Below, in pieces: positions 47,621 through 60,765 of a stretch of 64,000 nucleotides of DNA. Position 1 is the first letter of the stretch. Each line of letters begins with the position of its first letter. The stretch lies in the NCBI RefSeq assembly GCF_044704955.1, contig NC_091984.1, forward strand, positions 148,800,001 to 148,864,000. The letters run 5' to 3'. Below the pieces are notes generated by a model that saw only the letters and a list, made by a program, of their open reading frames with translations, was not told the origin of the DNA and made no database searches. The translations under genes were made by a program, and so were the position numbers. The DNA comes from Pristiophorus japonicus. Lineage: Eukaryota.

Positions 47621-50600
47621 CTGTCCGTGAATTTTGGGCAATATTTTCAAGTCCAAATATTTAATACAAGAGCAGGTACAGTTCTTTCAGCGAGAAGATG
47701 GCTGTTTTCTTAGTCGGGCGACCGTAGTATGTCCTGGTTCAATACCTTTTTCTTCGGCTGTAATTCGTCGGGGAAATGATATTTACAGCGGATTGCATGC
47801 ACCCAGTTCGGGTGCTTTTCCAACTTCAAAGCGGATCGTGTTGTGACAATTATCTGATACGGTCCTTTCCACCAAGGAGAAAAGGATTCTTTATTTAATG
47901 TTTTTACTAACACTTGATCTCCAGGTCTGAAAGGGTGCATATTTCCTTCCAAAGGGGCACCTGTGTCTGCTTTATTTGTTCATGCAGACTTCTTGTTATT
48001 TCACACATGGCCTGAGCATACTTTAGTGATTTTTCATCATTCCAACTTAATGCTATTTTTTCATCTGCCAGTGGTGATTTTACGCCAGTAGGCATTGGTC
48101 TTCCCAATAAGGCTTCATGTGGTGTCAAACCAGTGTTTCGGTTTTTCTGGTTTCTCATTGTATACAATACTAATGGTAAGGCTTCTGGCCACTTCAGTCC
48201 AGTCTCCTGACATACCTTGGTAAGGGTAGATTTTATTATCCCATTTACTCTTTCTACCATTCCCGAGGACTGTGGCTGATATGGTATATGTAACTTCCAC
48301 AGGAAACCTAACGCTTCTGCAAGGTTTTGCACTATTTTTCCGGTGAAGTGGGTTCCCCTGTCACTGTTGATTCCCATAGGTATCCCATATCTTGGTACTG
48401 TTTCTTTAAATAGAATTTTTACTACTGTTCGGGCATCGTCTTTCCTAGTGGCTTGCGCTTCTACTCACCTTGTGAACATGTCTATTATGACTAATAGGTA
48501 CTTAAGACCTGATACTGGAGGCATGTTGACAAAGTCAATTTGCAAATTTTCAAAGGGCATACTTGGCTGGGGTAGATGATCATATCCAGCAGGTGTTTTA
48601 CTTCTGTTATTTTGTTGACAAATTTGGCATGTTCTAGCAACTTTCTCAATTACTACTGTTATTCCTGGTGCATACCACTGTGCATTAATAGCATGTATCA
48701 TCCCTCCTTTGCCCATGTGAGCCTGACCGTGTGCTAGGCGAGACAGGGGCAAAAATAGAGATCTAGGGCAAACAGTTCGCCCATCAGGGTGATACCAAAT
48801 GTCGTTTTTTAGAAAACAACCCTGGTTTTCCCAAGTTCTTCCTTCCTGCATGGTAACTTGTTGTTGGGCTGTTTTAAGTTGTTGGATGTCAAGTACCTGT
48901 GGAGGGGAGACTGAGACTGCTTGAAGGCAGTCTGCCTGTGCCGAAGCGGCCTGTTTGGCTGCCTCGTCAACCCTCCTATTTCCTACTGATACTTCATCCT
49001 CACCAGTTGTGTGAGCTGCACATTTGATGAAGGCTACCTTACTTGGCAACTGAATGGCATCTAATAGATTAAGCACCAGTTGAGAGTGCTTAATATGCTT
49101 TCCACCAGAGGTGATAAAGCCTCTGTTTTTCCACAGTTGTCCAAAATCATGGACCACACCGAATGCATATCTAGAATCAGTATAGATATTAGCAGTTTGA
49201 TCTTTAGCTATTATACAAGCTCTAGTGAGGGCAAACAATTCAGCAGCCTGAGCCGAGGTTCCGGGAGGCAGGGCGAATGCTTCAACAGTTTCGTGGGGAT
49301 TTACAATAGCATAGCCTGCCAACAGCAAGTCATCCGATGGCCTGTACGATGATCCATCCGTATAGAGAATAAGATCTGGATTGTCCATGGGCTCTGTGAG
49401 CAAATCTGGTCTTGGTAAGGTGGCTATTTCGACCGTTAACAGACAATCATGCTGGTCTGGATCCTCTATTCTTTAGTAGGAAGAAAGGTGGCTGGGTTCA
49501 CTACCGGTGCGCGTCGAAAGGTATAGTTAGGGTGTGACAGCAGTAATACTTCATAACCTGTTCTTCTAGACGCTGTAAAGTGTTGTGTGGCAGCTGAATT
49601 CAAAAGTAATAACACAGCATGGGCGGTAATGACAGCACATAGATAATCCAAAACAATAGGTGCCGACTTCTCCACCATGACTGCAGTAGCAGCTACAGCA
49701 CGTAGACATGCTGGCATTCCCCTTACTACTGGAGGCAGCAAAACCGAATAATAAGCAACTGGTCTATTTCCCCCACCATGTTCGTGGGTTAGTACTGCTG
49801 TTGCAAATCCTTCTTTCTCATTCACATACATCTGAAAAGGTTTACCATAATTCGGAAGTCCCAACGCCAGAGCATTAGTAATGGCTTTCTTTAACTGTTT
49901 AAATGCCTCCTCTTTCTCTGGGGTCCACTCCACCTTGGGTGGGGCATCATTTAGGGCAGCTGATCTTAGGACCGCATCCCATTCTCGATTCTTTCTGGTC
50001 CTAGCTGCCTCTGCCCTTGAGATATGTGAAAACCCAGGTACTGGACTTGAGTCTGACAAAATTGTAACTTTTGTAACGACACTCGGTGCCCTCTTTCACA
50101 TAGGTGCTGTAGCAGTTTCAGGGAATCTTGCATGCACCTATATCCGTGGCTAGAAGCCACAAGCAAATCCTTGGGGCAACCTGGTCCATGTGTACTGCTG
50201 CTTCTTGTGGGTGAAAGCAAACAGATACTGACTTTCTTGATTTAACGGAATAGAGAAAAAAGCTGAACACAGGTCTATTACAGTAAAGACAGTTGCTGTT
50301 GGTGGTATAGCAGATAGTATAATGTTGGTGTCCGGTACCACAGGGGTGATAGGGACTACTATCTTATTAATAGCTCTCAGATCTTGCACAAATCTCCATT
50401 CCTACAATCATCGGACCCATATCTTTAGGTTTCGCTGGCGGTTTTACAGCCAATGTCAGATGGGGTGTCGAGTTCGCTTCTCTAAACCGCTGCTGCTGTA
50501 AGGGTGTCAAATCGATGGCTACCCCCAATCCTTCTGGTCCAAAATAAATGCGGGGCGTAGCTTCTACTATTTCTTCTCTATTTAAAAAGGATTGTACCAG

Positions 50601-50983
50601 ACACTGGTAAGTTTCAGCTTTTTGTCGAGTGTACCAGGCTGTACAGTGAAGCTGAACTGCCTCAAAGCTTGTCAAAATTATATACATCAATTCTTCAGTA
50701 TTAGAGTCAAATTTAGCTTTTAAGTTTTGTATAACTTCATGTATCAAGGGGGAATAGAAGTTGCCATTCAATTGCCAACAATAGAGGGCAGCCTTTTCTT
50801 TGTTATCCTCCCTTTTCTCTTCTTTAATCCCATTAAAAAACTGATGGATTTTATTTGGAGGGAGCTCCATGAACATTCCTTCCTTTGTGCAATAAATTGT
50901 GGCTCCTAGTTTGCACAAAGTCTGTCTTCCCAATAAAGGGAGAGGTGTTGTTTTAGAGACTATCAAAGTCTCATCATTAACTG

Positions 50984-53900
50984 TGTTGTAGGAGGTAGGC
51001 ACCTTTAGAATATACCAGAATACTAGGCATTAGGCACCTGCTAGATATATCTAAACGCATATAAGTTTAAAGTGGCCACACATAAAATGGCTGCCCAGGC
51101 ATGATGGGAAATCAGGTAGTCAAGCTGTGAACTGTTGAATGTTCAATGACCGAGCAATAACCCTGTGAGGCCCACTATAGGAATGCCTTGGATGCAGGAT
51201 AAGAATAATGAGGAGAGAACCCATCTCCCATATTCAAGGCCATAAACCAATTAATTCCCCAGGAAGAAAGAGATAAGAGAACCCATCTCCTGTAAACAAG
51301 GTTAGAAACCAATTATTTCTCCAAGAAGAAAGAACTAGTGAGAGAACCTATATCAATCAGCCCAAGCTGACAAAAGACGAACACATGGTTCCTGAGACAT
51401 AAGGGGAATTCTATTGGGTTAAAATAACCTATATGTAATCTATAATCATTGTGATTGGCTTGTGTCCAGCCGTGATGGGCTGTGTAGCTGTAGTAAACTG
51501 TTTTGTAACTGTTGTGAAACATATAAAGGTGCATGTAATCCTTTGTTCTGTGAAGAGAAACCTGGATACGGTCCTGAGTTTTTCCTTCCCGCTGAGCGTA
51601 ATAAAAGCTGCTTCAGCATTGGAGCCGACCCTGAGTGTTGAGTGATTCTTCTAAGAAAACACTAACGCTAACAATGGCGTAGTCGACGGGATTTCCCGGA
51701 GTCGCTGGACGCCCTTGGAAAAAACCCGGGTGAGTATAAAAAACAATTTTTAAGTATAAAGGGTGCGGAAGGTGGAAGCTGGTTGATCGACATGAGGAGA
51801 CGGTCTAATATCTCAAACGCCTAGCCTGAGCCTGAATTAAGAGGACTTTTGTCCCACGTGACGGCCAGGAACCAAGTAGGCGTAGGGAACACACTTAGAC
51901 CGTGGGATCGTGATACCGAGAGACATCTTCCGGACCCAGTAGTGTAATTTGAAATACCCCGGGATAGAACCAAGCGGTGTACAGCGGCTAACGGAATCCA
52001 AACCTGTGAACAGGGTCGGACCAACAGGCTGAGCGGTGGTAGGTAGTCGTTAAGGATACGTAGAGCACTGCGGGAATTGCTTAAACGCGTTTTTAAGAAT
52101 TGTATAAGTTTGTGCAACAGCAGAACTTGTGACCTGACAGTAGCCAAGAGACAGTTTACTACAAGTCGCGCTAGAAAGAAAGCGGACCTCTGAGAGTAGA
52201 TTCCTAACGGTAGTAGTCCTACCCAGGAATGGCCATGAAAACAAGTAAACTCGAGTGGGGACCAGAAGGGTCGCTTACCCGCCACCTGGCGGAAAAACAA
52301 AAGAAGCTAATTGAAAAAAATGATTAAAGCAGGGTGGAATCCTCAGGAATTAGTTATGTGAGGAATTATTTAAATAAAACTACGAATTCCCTGAAAGGTC
52401 ATGGATCCAAAAATAGAGCCGGCCAAAACAAGAAGAGAGACTGTTGTAAATGTCTGATCGTTGAGTGAGAAGTGTCTGTGTGATTTTTGACTGCAGAATG
52501 AATTTTTTTATGTTTTCATGTTCCGAAAGTCTGGTTGGAAGAGGAATGCAAGTGTCTGTTTATTTTAGAAACAGAGTGAAAGTCTTTTTTTAAACCCTTT
52601 GTAATGTTGTCCTGTATGTGGGAAGTTTTAAGACATTTAAGTTAGAAACGCAGGTGTGGATTTATTCGGATGATAAGTTACGGAGCTAGGAAAATAAACA
52701 AATAAAGAATAGGTTTGTTGAGCAAAATATTTATTTGACATGCTCACTTACTTGCCGAAAGAAAACATGCAATGATTGATTGGGCTGAAAGACATAAATT
52801 TAGTCTCGGAGTGAGATAAAGAATGCTTTAAAAAAAAAGAGCTTCTAAAAAAAAAAGTTTTAAATAAAGATTGAAATTACAAAGTTTGAATTGGGATTTT
52901 GAGATATTCAGAGAAGGCACAGGAAATACTGAGGTGGATTTAAAAAAAAAGAAAAAGATTAAATTAAATCTGATCAGGTCAAACTCCTGGGCAAGTGGCG
53001 AGCTATCTGCGAAGGTGTAAAAGGAACTTTTGGAAAATGTTAAAAAAAAAAACAGCAAGCTTTAGTAACGACTTTGAAACTGGAGCATTTTGAGATAACG
53101 AAAAAGCACTCAAACTCTCAAAGATGGACTTCATTCCAGTTATGGAGAAAAAGAAAAAGATAAAGACGCCACTTTGAAAGTAAACAAATGATTTTAAATT
53201 AACAACTTTATGGAGTTACGAACCCTCCGTGTAAAATACAAAACCTAATTTGAAGAAAGGAAAAAAAGATGTAACGGACTAAATGGAAAAAGACATAACT
53301 TACTAAATACTAGTTGATGTTTGCTGTGAAAAAGATATTGGTTTAATTAGAAGAGGAAAAAAAAAATTGGAATAAGTAAAAAACACTCTACATGGATTCG
53401 AATTTTCAATTATGAAAAAGTTTCAATGCAGTTTGAAAAGATTTCCAAAATGGACAGTGTTTATCAAAAATGTCCCGAACAGTCTAAACAAGCAGGAGGG
53501 TTTTGAAGATAACGAGGAGAAAGAGAGAAATAAAAAAAAACAGAATTGAATTTCAGTAAACAAAATTGCTATTGTATGTGTGGTCTTGTTTTAAAACAAT
53601 TTAAAAAAAAAATTCTTTGGCAAGTACTTGAATTAGAAGTTAAGAAAACATTGGAGTTTACTCTAATGATTTATGCTGTTTTTAACGGATTCCTAATTTC
53701 GAAGCCAGTTTTGAAGGCACAAAGACTTTTTTTCAGATGATTACGTGAAATCACGTAATGACATCAGGTCTTCTTACAAACCTGTAAAGGAGTTAACCCT
53801 TTCCATTGACAGCCGTGTTATACTGAACATTATTAATTTGGATTTCTTAATAGGAAAAAAAAAGACTCACCTAACAGAGGAAACAAAAAATAAAAACAGA

Positions 53901-56900
53901 ACTAGCTTATGTAATAATGCTTGCCTGATACAATAAAGAAATAGATATTCAATAAAACAAATTGAAGAGTTAAAAGCTAAGATAAACAGGCTGGAAGAGA
54001 TAACAGGACTAGACGGATAGTGCAGTGCGCAGCCATAGCACCATCACCTCTGGCAATAGAGCCAATGTACCCCACGGTGGGTAGGTGTAGTCCACAAACC
54101 CAACCTAACGGTAAAGCAGACAGCGATGTTTGGAGGAATAGCTTTGGCCTTGGTCATATGAGTTTGGGTAATATTTAAGTGGGTAAAGACACGGGCGCAC
54201 GCCCTACAGATTCAGCTCGAAATGGTTCGATTATAACCTTGTGCTTCTGATTTTGCAGGGTGACAGGGACACTCGTAGAGCAAAAAACTTAACCCCTGGT
54301 GACGACCAGGCCGTCTGTTTAAAATTACAGATAATACTTACCGGAATGGGAATACGAACGGCGCTACTCGTAATATGGATAGCCCTGTGACATACACGAA
54401 CCCTGGGCAACACCGACGGACAGCAGAGCACGCTGGAAATAAACAATTACATGAACTATGGAGTGTTGTTCAATTTGACGGACGGAATATGTGTTCCAGC
54501 GACTAAGGATTGGAGCAAGGACAGAACTTATTTTAATGCATGGTTACAAGTGAATCCTAATAAGGACCGGGTATGTGTACAGTGCTCCACGGGTATAAGG
54601 AGCAGCTGCATTAAACGGAGGGATGTCAAAGGGCCCGATGAATGTACTTTCGGCATAATTTGTGCGCCTCCGGGACAATCCCAGCAATCAGTCATCCGCA
54701 AGAAGGGAATGGGGCTGTGTGGGTATTACGAGGAGGCGGGAGTGGCTGCAATATCATTGTATGTATGTTTCTCACCCCCTCCAACACCGCGCCCCATAAG
54801 AATCACTACATTGCCCGAGGAACTGCCTTGCCCCATAACTACGAAGGGACCAGAGAATGGGATTGTAATGTACAGCGAGGGGGAACTGTTGTATGATAAT
54901 GTTAGACATGAAATTGTGCCTGTTCTGATCAATATTTCAGGCATCCAGATGCTGGAATACTGTACAGAACAGTCAAGGAAGATGTACAATGTATTAAGTA
55001 AAGTTGTCATGCAGCAGGCTGCCGATGCAATGTGTGCCAGTAGGTTCCGGGGACAGGGGTTAGCCCCAGGATGAAGAGGGAAGTAGTTAATGATGTTGCT
55101 ACCGTTTTCAATACAGAGACCTCCGTAGTGAACTCGATAGACATACAAGGATTAAATGAGAGGGTGGAGCAAAACCAGGAAGACCAGGCCAACCTAGGAA
55201 AGGAGGGTGCCAAAATCCAGTTGGATGGCATCTCAGTCCTGGAAGCTCACGCTAAAACCATCAATCACCTCATTGATAGAGAACAATAAAGCAAAGACAG
55301 GGGCAACTCTGTCATGCTTATGGTCTGTGGATGGTGGGACAGATCCGCCACAACCTCGACCAGATCCAACGCGGGGAAGTACCCGATTGGATAGACAGTT
55401 CACATTTAGCTCAGTTGGCGAACCAAAGGGGGACACTGGATAATTGTACTCTGAAGGGACTGACCCGAGTATACCCCGCAATTCCAGATTGCCAGATGGG
55501 TAGGACTACCGGGATAGGGATAGTCCTGTTGATCCCTATAGCAACGCCGGACTCAGGGCCGTTCCCCTTATACCAACTAGAGAATATCGGAGTAATACGG
55601 GAAAATGTCTCCATACGCTACTACCTGACCACCACCTCTGCCGTTCGTCGAAACAACATACTTACTGGGATTTCCCTAGCAGATTGCAAGCAAAGGGGGG
55701 GAAATCACAGTATGCCCTCACCCGATGGGCCGAGGTGAACTAGACGAGTGCGGGTTTAACCGAACCAACGGGTGTGTACTAGAAATAGTGCCCGCACACA
55801 TGCACTTCGCGAGGGCAGGCTACGGAGGGAGGGGAAGATACTGCGTCTCTACCACAGAGCGTTCATACCAGTATAATGACCTGCAGTGCCCTATACCGCA
55901 GCCAAACTTTTGCTTTACACCACGACGACCTGTCGCGATCGGGCAAGCGCATATCACACAAGTTAGGCGCCGGAAGTCCGAAGTTATTGAAGTAACTGAT
56001 CAGCTCCATGATCATTTGCAGGATTATGACGAGCCAGAGCAGGTCCCTATCCCACATCTCACGGAGGTATTACGGGAGTTAAGGCTCAGAGTGGGGCAAT
56101 CCGTAAAACTCTATCACCAGCTACAAACTAAAATCAAAGAACTGGAAGAAGATACCGAGGTAGACTTACAAAGTCAGAGTTGGTGGAGAAAGGTCTGGGA
56201 CTGGGGAATAAATGTGAACATCCACCCATGGATCCGAATTATTTCACACACACTGGTCGGTATACAATTGATCTTAGCAATAACATGGGGCGTAATGGCC
56301 TGCCAGGCATGCAGACACCACGCACAACGAAGACGGACAAATCACCGTTCCCTGGATACTAAACAAGCCTGTTTTATAAGGGGGCAGGAGGATTTGGCCT
56401 TTGTCAATTCGATTTAAGCAACCGGGACTCCTGAAACTGCGTGACTGGCCAGCACGTTGAGGCAGGGAGTACCGGGCCGTGCACAAAATCTAATAAAGGT
56501 CGAATGATCGGTTAAAAGGGGACTAGGACTAGTCCCTTTACCGAAAGGGGGAGTTGTTGTAGGAGGTAGGCACCTTTAGAATATACCAGAATACTAGGCA
56601 TTAGGCACCTGCTAGATATATCTAAACGCATATAAGTTTAAAGTGGCCACACATAAAATGGCTGCCCAGGCATGATGGGAAATCAGGTAGTCAAGCTGTG
56701 AACTGTTGAATGTTCAATGACCGAGCAATAACCCTGTGAGGCCCACTATAGGAATGCCTTGGATGCAGGATAAGAATAATGAGGAGAGAACCCATCTCCC
56801 ATATTCAAGGCCATAAACCAATTAATTCCCCAGGAAGAAAGAGATAAGAGAACCCATCTCCTGTAAACAAGGTTAGAAACCAATTATTTCTCCAAGAAGA

Positions 56901-57244
56901 AAGAACTAGTGAGAGAACCTATATCAATCAGCCCAAGCTGACAAAAGACGAACACATGGTTCCTGAGACATAAGGGGAATTCTATTGGGTTAAAATAACC
57001 TATATGTAATCTATAATCATTGTGATTGGCTTGTGTCCAGCCGTGATGGGCTGTGTAGCTGTAGTAAACTGTTTTGTAACTGTTGTGAAACATATAAAGG
57101 TGCATGTAATCCTTTGTTCTGTGAAGAGAAACCTGGATACGGTCCTGAGTTTTTCCTTCCCGCTGAGCGTAATAAAAGCTGCTTCAGCATTGGAGCCGAC
57201 CCTGAGTGTTGAGTGATTCTTCTAAGAAAACACTAACGCTAACA
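50984..57244 (+). mobile_element. Nested pol-less LTR element carrying a degenerate F-like env
   Basis: 690-bp LTRs 50984-51673 and 56555-57244 (identical by eye), TSD ACTG, PBS TGGCGTAGTCGACGGGAT at 51675, PPT GAAAGGGGGAG ~56543-56553. Confidence 0.95.
54346..56417 (+). pseudogene. env: env-like class I fusion glycoprotein gene, disrupted
   Basis: Signal MGIRTALLVIWIAL (TGA at 54388), RMKR cleavage ~55068-55079, NSIDIQGL heptads, Cys spacing like paramyxo F1, coiled coil, WW..HP, TM helix; at least 4 lesions. Confidence 0.8.
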
Positions 57245-57504
57245 ACTGGTTGTCCTTCAATTATCAATTTGGTAGGTTCAGATAAAAATTCTTTCATGGG
57301 AATACCGGCCACACCCATACTTAAGACGGTGGTGTTGCTTACAGGTAATCCCACAGAGGATGGTACAGAAGACATAGTAGCACCAGTATCCACCAGGAAT
57401 TTCACATAAGTGTCTCCTACTTTTACTACTGCCAGAGGGTTTTCTTCTATGGCTGCTGATAAGTGGAGGGCTGCCGCCTGTACCACTAAGCCTCCGGGGC
57501 ATCC

Positions 57505-60434
57505 CTATGCTGATTATTCTGTGCCTGTCCTTTTTTTTACTTTGAAGGTATGAGGCGTGAATTCGCTAGGATAGATTGGCGAATGATACTTAAGGGGTTG
57601 ACTGTGGATGGGCAATGGCAGACATTTAGAGACCGCATGGATGAACTACAACAATTGTACATCCCTGTCTGGTGCAAAAATAAAAAAGGGAAGGTGGCTC
57701 AACCGTGGCTATCAAGCGAAATCAGAGATAGTATTAAAGCCAAGGAAGTGGCATACAAATTGCCAGAAATAGCAGTGAACCCGGAGAATGGGAGAAATTT
57801 AGAACTCAGCAGAGGAGGACAAAGGGTTTGATTAGGGCAGGCAAAATAGAACACGAGAGGAAGCTTGCAGGGAACATTAAGATGGACTGCAAAAGTTTCT
57901 ATAGGCATGTAAAGAGAAAAAGGTTAGTAAAGACAAACGTAGGTCCCCTGCAGTCAGAATCAGGGGAAGTCATAATGGGGAACAAAGAAATGGCAGACCA
58001 ATTGAACAAGTACTTTGGTTCGGTATTCACTAAGGAGGACACAAACAACCTTCCGGATATAAAAGGGGTCAGAGTGTCTAGTAAGAAGGAGGAACTGAGG
58101 GAAATCCTTATTAGTCAGGAAATTGTGTTAGGGAAATTAATGGGATCGTAGGCCGATAAATCCCCAGGGCCTGATGGACTGCATCCCAGAGTACTTAAGG
58201 AGGTAGCCTTGGAAATAGCGGATGCATTGACAGTCATTTTCCAACATTCCATAGACTCTGGATCAGTTCCTATGGAGTGGTGGGTAGCCAATGTAACCCC
58301 ATTTTTAAAAAAAGGAGGGAGAGAGAAAACATCGGTAGTGGGGAAAATGATGGAATCAATTATTAAGGATGTCATAGCAGCGCATTTGGAAAGAGGTGAC
58401 ATGATAGGTCCAAGTCAGCATGGATTTGTGAAAGGGAAATCATGCTTGACAAATCTTCTGGAATTTTTTGAGGATGTTTCCAGTAGAGTGGACAAGGGAG
58501 AACCAGTTGATGTGGTGTATTTGGACTTTCAGAAGTCTTTCGACAAGGTCCTACACAAGAGATTAATGTGCAAAGTTAAAGCACATAGGATTGGGGGTAG
58601 TGTGCTGACGTGAATTGAGAACTGGTTGGCAGACAGGAAGCAAAGAGTAGGAGTAAATGGGTACTTTTCAGAATGGCAGGCAGTGACTAGTGGGGTACCG
58701 CAAGGTTCTGTGCTGAAGCCCCAGCTGTTTACATTGTACATTAATGATTTAGATGAGGGGATTAAATGTAGTATCTCCAAATTTGCGGATGATACTAAGT
58801 TGGGTGGCAGTGTGAGCTGCGAGAAGGATGCTATGAGGCTGCAGAGTGACTTGGATAGATTAGGTGAGGGGGCAAATGCACGGCAGATGAAGTATAATGT
58901 GGATAAATGTGAGGTTATCCACTTTGGTGGTAAAAACAGAGAGACAGACTATTATCTGAATGGTGACAGATTAGGAAAAGGGGAGGTGCAACGAGACCTG
59001 GGTGTCATGGTACATCAGTCATTGAAGGTTGGCATACAGGTACAGCAGGCGGTTAAGAAAGCAAATGGCATGTTGGCCTTCATAGCGAGGGGATTTGAGT
59101 ACAGGGGCAGGGAGGTGTTGCTACAATTGTACAGGGCCTTGGTGAGGCCACACCTGGAGTATTGTGTACAGTTTTGGTCTCCTAACTTGAGGAAGGACAT
59201 TCTTGCTATTGAGGGAATGCAGCGAAGGTTCGCCAGACTGATTCCCGGGATGGCGGGACTGACATATCAAGAAAGATTGGATCAATTGGGCTTGTCTTCA
59301 CTGGAGTTCAGAAGAATGAGAGGGGATCTCATAGAAACGTTTAAGATTCTGATGGGTTTAGACAGATTAGATGCAGGAAGAATGTTCCCAATGTTGGGGA
59401 AGTCCAGAACCAGTGGTCACAGTCTAAGGTTAAGGGGCAAGCCATTTAGGACTGATATGAGGAGAATCTTCTTCACCCAGAGACTGGTGAACCTGTGGAA
59501 TTCTCTACCACAGAAAGTTGTTGAGGCCAATTCACTAAATATATTCAAAAAGGAGTTAGATGTAGTCCTTACTACTAGGGGGATCAAGGGGTATGGCGAG
59601 AAAGCAGGAATGGGGTACTGAAGTTGCATGTTCAGCCATGAACTCATTGAATGGCGGTGCAGGCTCGAAGGGCTGAATGGCCTACTCCTGCACCTATTTT
59701 CTATGTTTCTATGTTTTGCTGATAGTACTTACCTGCTGTTTTAGCCTTATTTTCCTTATAGGTAAATAGTCCCTCTCTATCCATGTTAGCCAGTACTGTA
59801 ACTGTCTCTTTCCAACTTTTTCCTTGCCAGTCAAAAACCTTTATTTTGTATGTTCTTGCGTGTTGTGGCAACATACAATTTAACAAGGTTTGCACTGCCA
59901 AAGGTTCATCTTTTACCCCTTGCCAAGAGGACCCATATGCTGCCTGCAGTAATAATTTCACATCTCCGGGGAGGGGGTTATAAATGGTACAGGTTTGCTC
60001 AAGCCAGTTGTGAAAGGCTACTGGCTTCTTAACAGGATTAGGGGCGGCTGATATTGTTTTTTAAAACAATTCTCCATATAATCTTTATCCCAAGTGGGGA
60101 CCCCTGTCCCATTTTTGGTGGTCTGTCTCCATTCCTCAATTAAGGACAATTTAAAACTTCCTCCATATGGCCAATCCCCATCAGACCAACCGTACAAATC
60201 TCTACTAAATGTTACCGCGTATCTGTCGTCTCCTGTTTCTTTAATTACAGTGTCCGCCGGCGAGCTGGGCAGCACAATGGGATCTCCTACGTTCTCTTGT
60301 TGCTTTACTACCTTACTGATTTTTTTCTCAGTCTTAGGATGTACTTTCATTCTTTCAGTTGAGAGGTCGTCCTTCTTTCCTTTTCTAGGAGCTGGGTGCG
60401 AGCGCCCTGCTCGACTAGAGCCGTTTCCCATTCT
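57505..60434 (-). pseudogene. gag: ERV gag remnant (interrupted by CR1), amber junction with pro
   Basis: MGNGSS myristoylation-type start, WPYGGSF matrix motif; TAG GGA at 57507-57502 in frame with protease. Confidence 0.7.
57538..59714 (+). mobile_element. 5'-truncated CR1 inserted in ERV gag; same subfamily as 8779-12660
   Basis: MRREFARIDWRMILKG.. through RT to CTATGTTTCTATGTTT tail; peptides near-identical to 9521-10921 ORF. Confidence 0.95.
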
Positions 60435-60746
60435 TCCGGGTGCAACGTCTCGCGATCTTTTCTGAAATGAGAGTTGGGACAATCCTACAAAATATACAAT
60501 AATTTACAAAGCGCTCACCGGTGTTCTCTTTTCTGCTCAGCTCGGGGTCTCCTTTTGCCTTTTTGTTATTTTAGCTTCTTTGCCGTAGCTATCTTATGCC
60601 TCACCCCCTAGGGGATCTCGGCGGCCCGTCCCCCTTTCAGCTAGGACGGCCTAGGCACCTTCCTTCTTTTAGCTAGGAAGGTCCTTAAAATTCCTCTTTT
60701 CTCTTTAAAAGTTAAATTTAGTTCTTTTGGATCTCGTTTTTTAGAG

Positions 60747-60765
60747 ATCCTGCCGGACTACGCCA
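60747..60765 (-). promoter_or_regulatory. Primer binding site, tRNA-Ser
   Basis: TGGCGTAGTCCGGCAGGAT vs tRNA-Ser complement TGGCGTAGTCGGCAGGAT. Confidence 0.85.

Larger units (their letters stand above)
47710..57504 (-). pseudogene. pol: ERV pro-pol: protease (split by nested element), 2H phosphoesterase, deleted RT, RNase H, integrase
   Basis: FLVDTGA; LLGRQTLCKL; HCT/HLT; QDLRAIN, VIDLCSAFFSIP, LPQG; LYTDGSS, SAQAAEL, IYTDSRYAFG; HHCC, LQIDF, SDRGTHF, SSGMVER, WKGPY. Confidence 0.93.

Noticed and set aside
52300-54000. APOBEC-type G-to-A hypermutation of nested element
   Set aside because: A-richness is visible but cannot be attributed without a consensus; A-run slippage or native composition is equally likely
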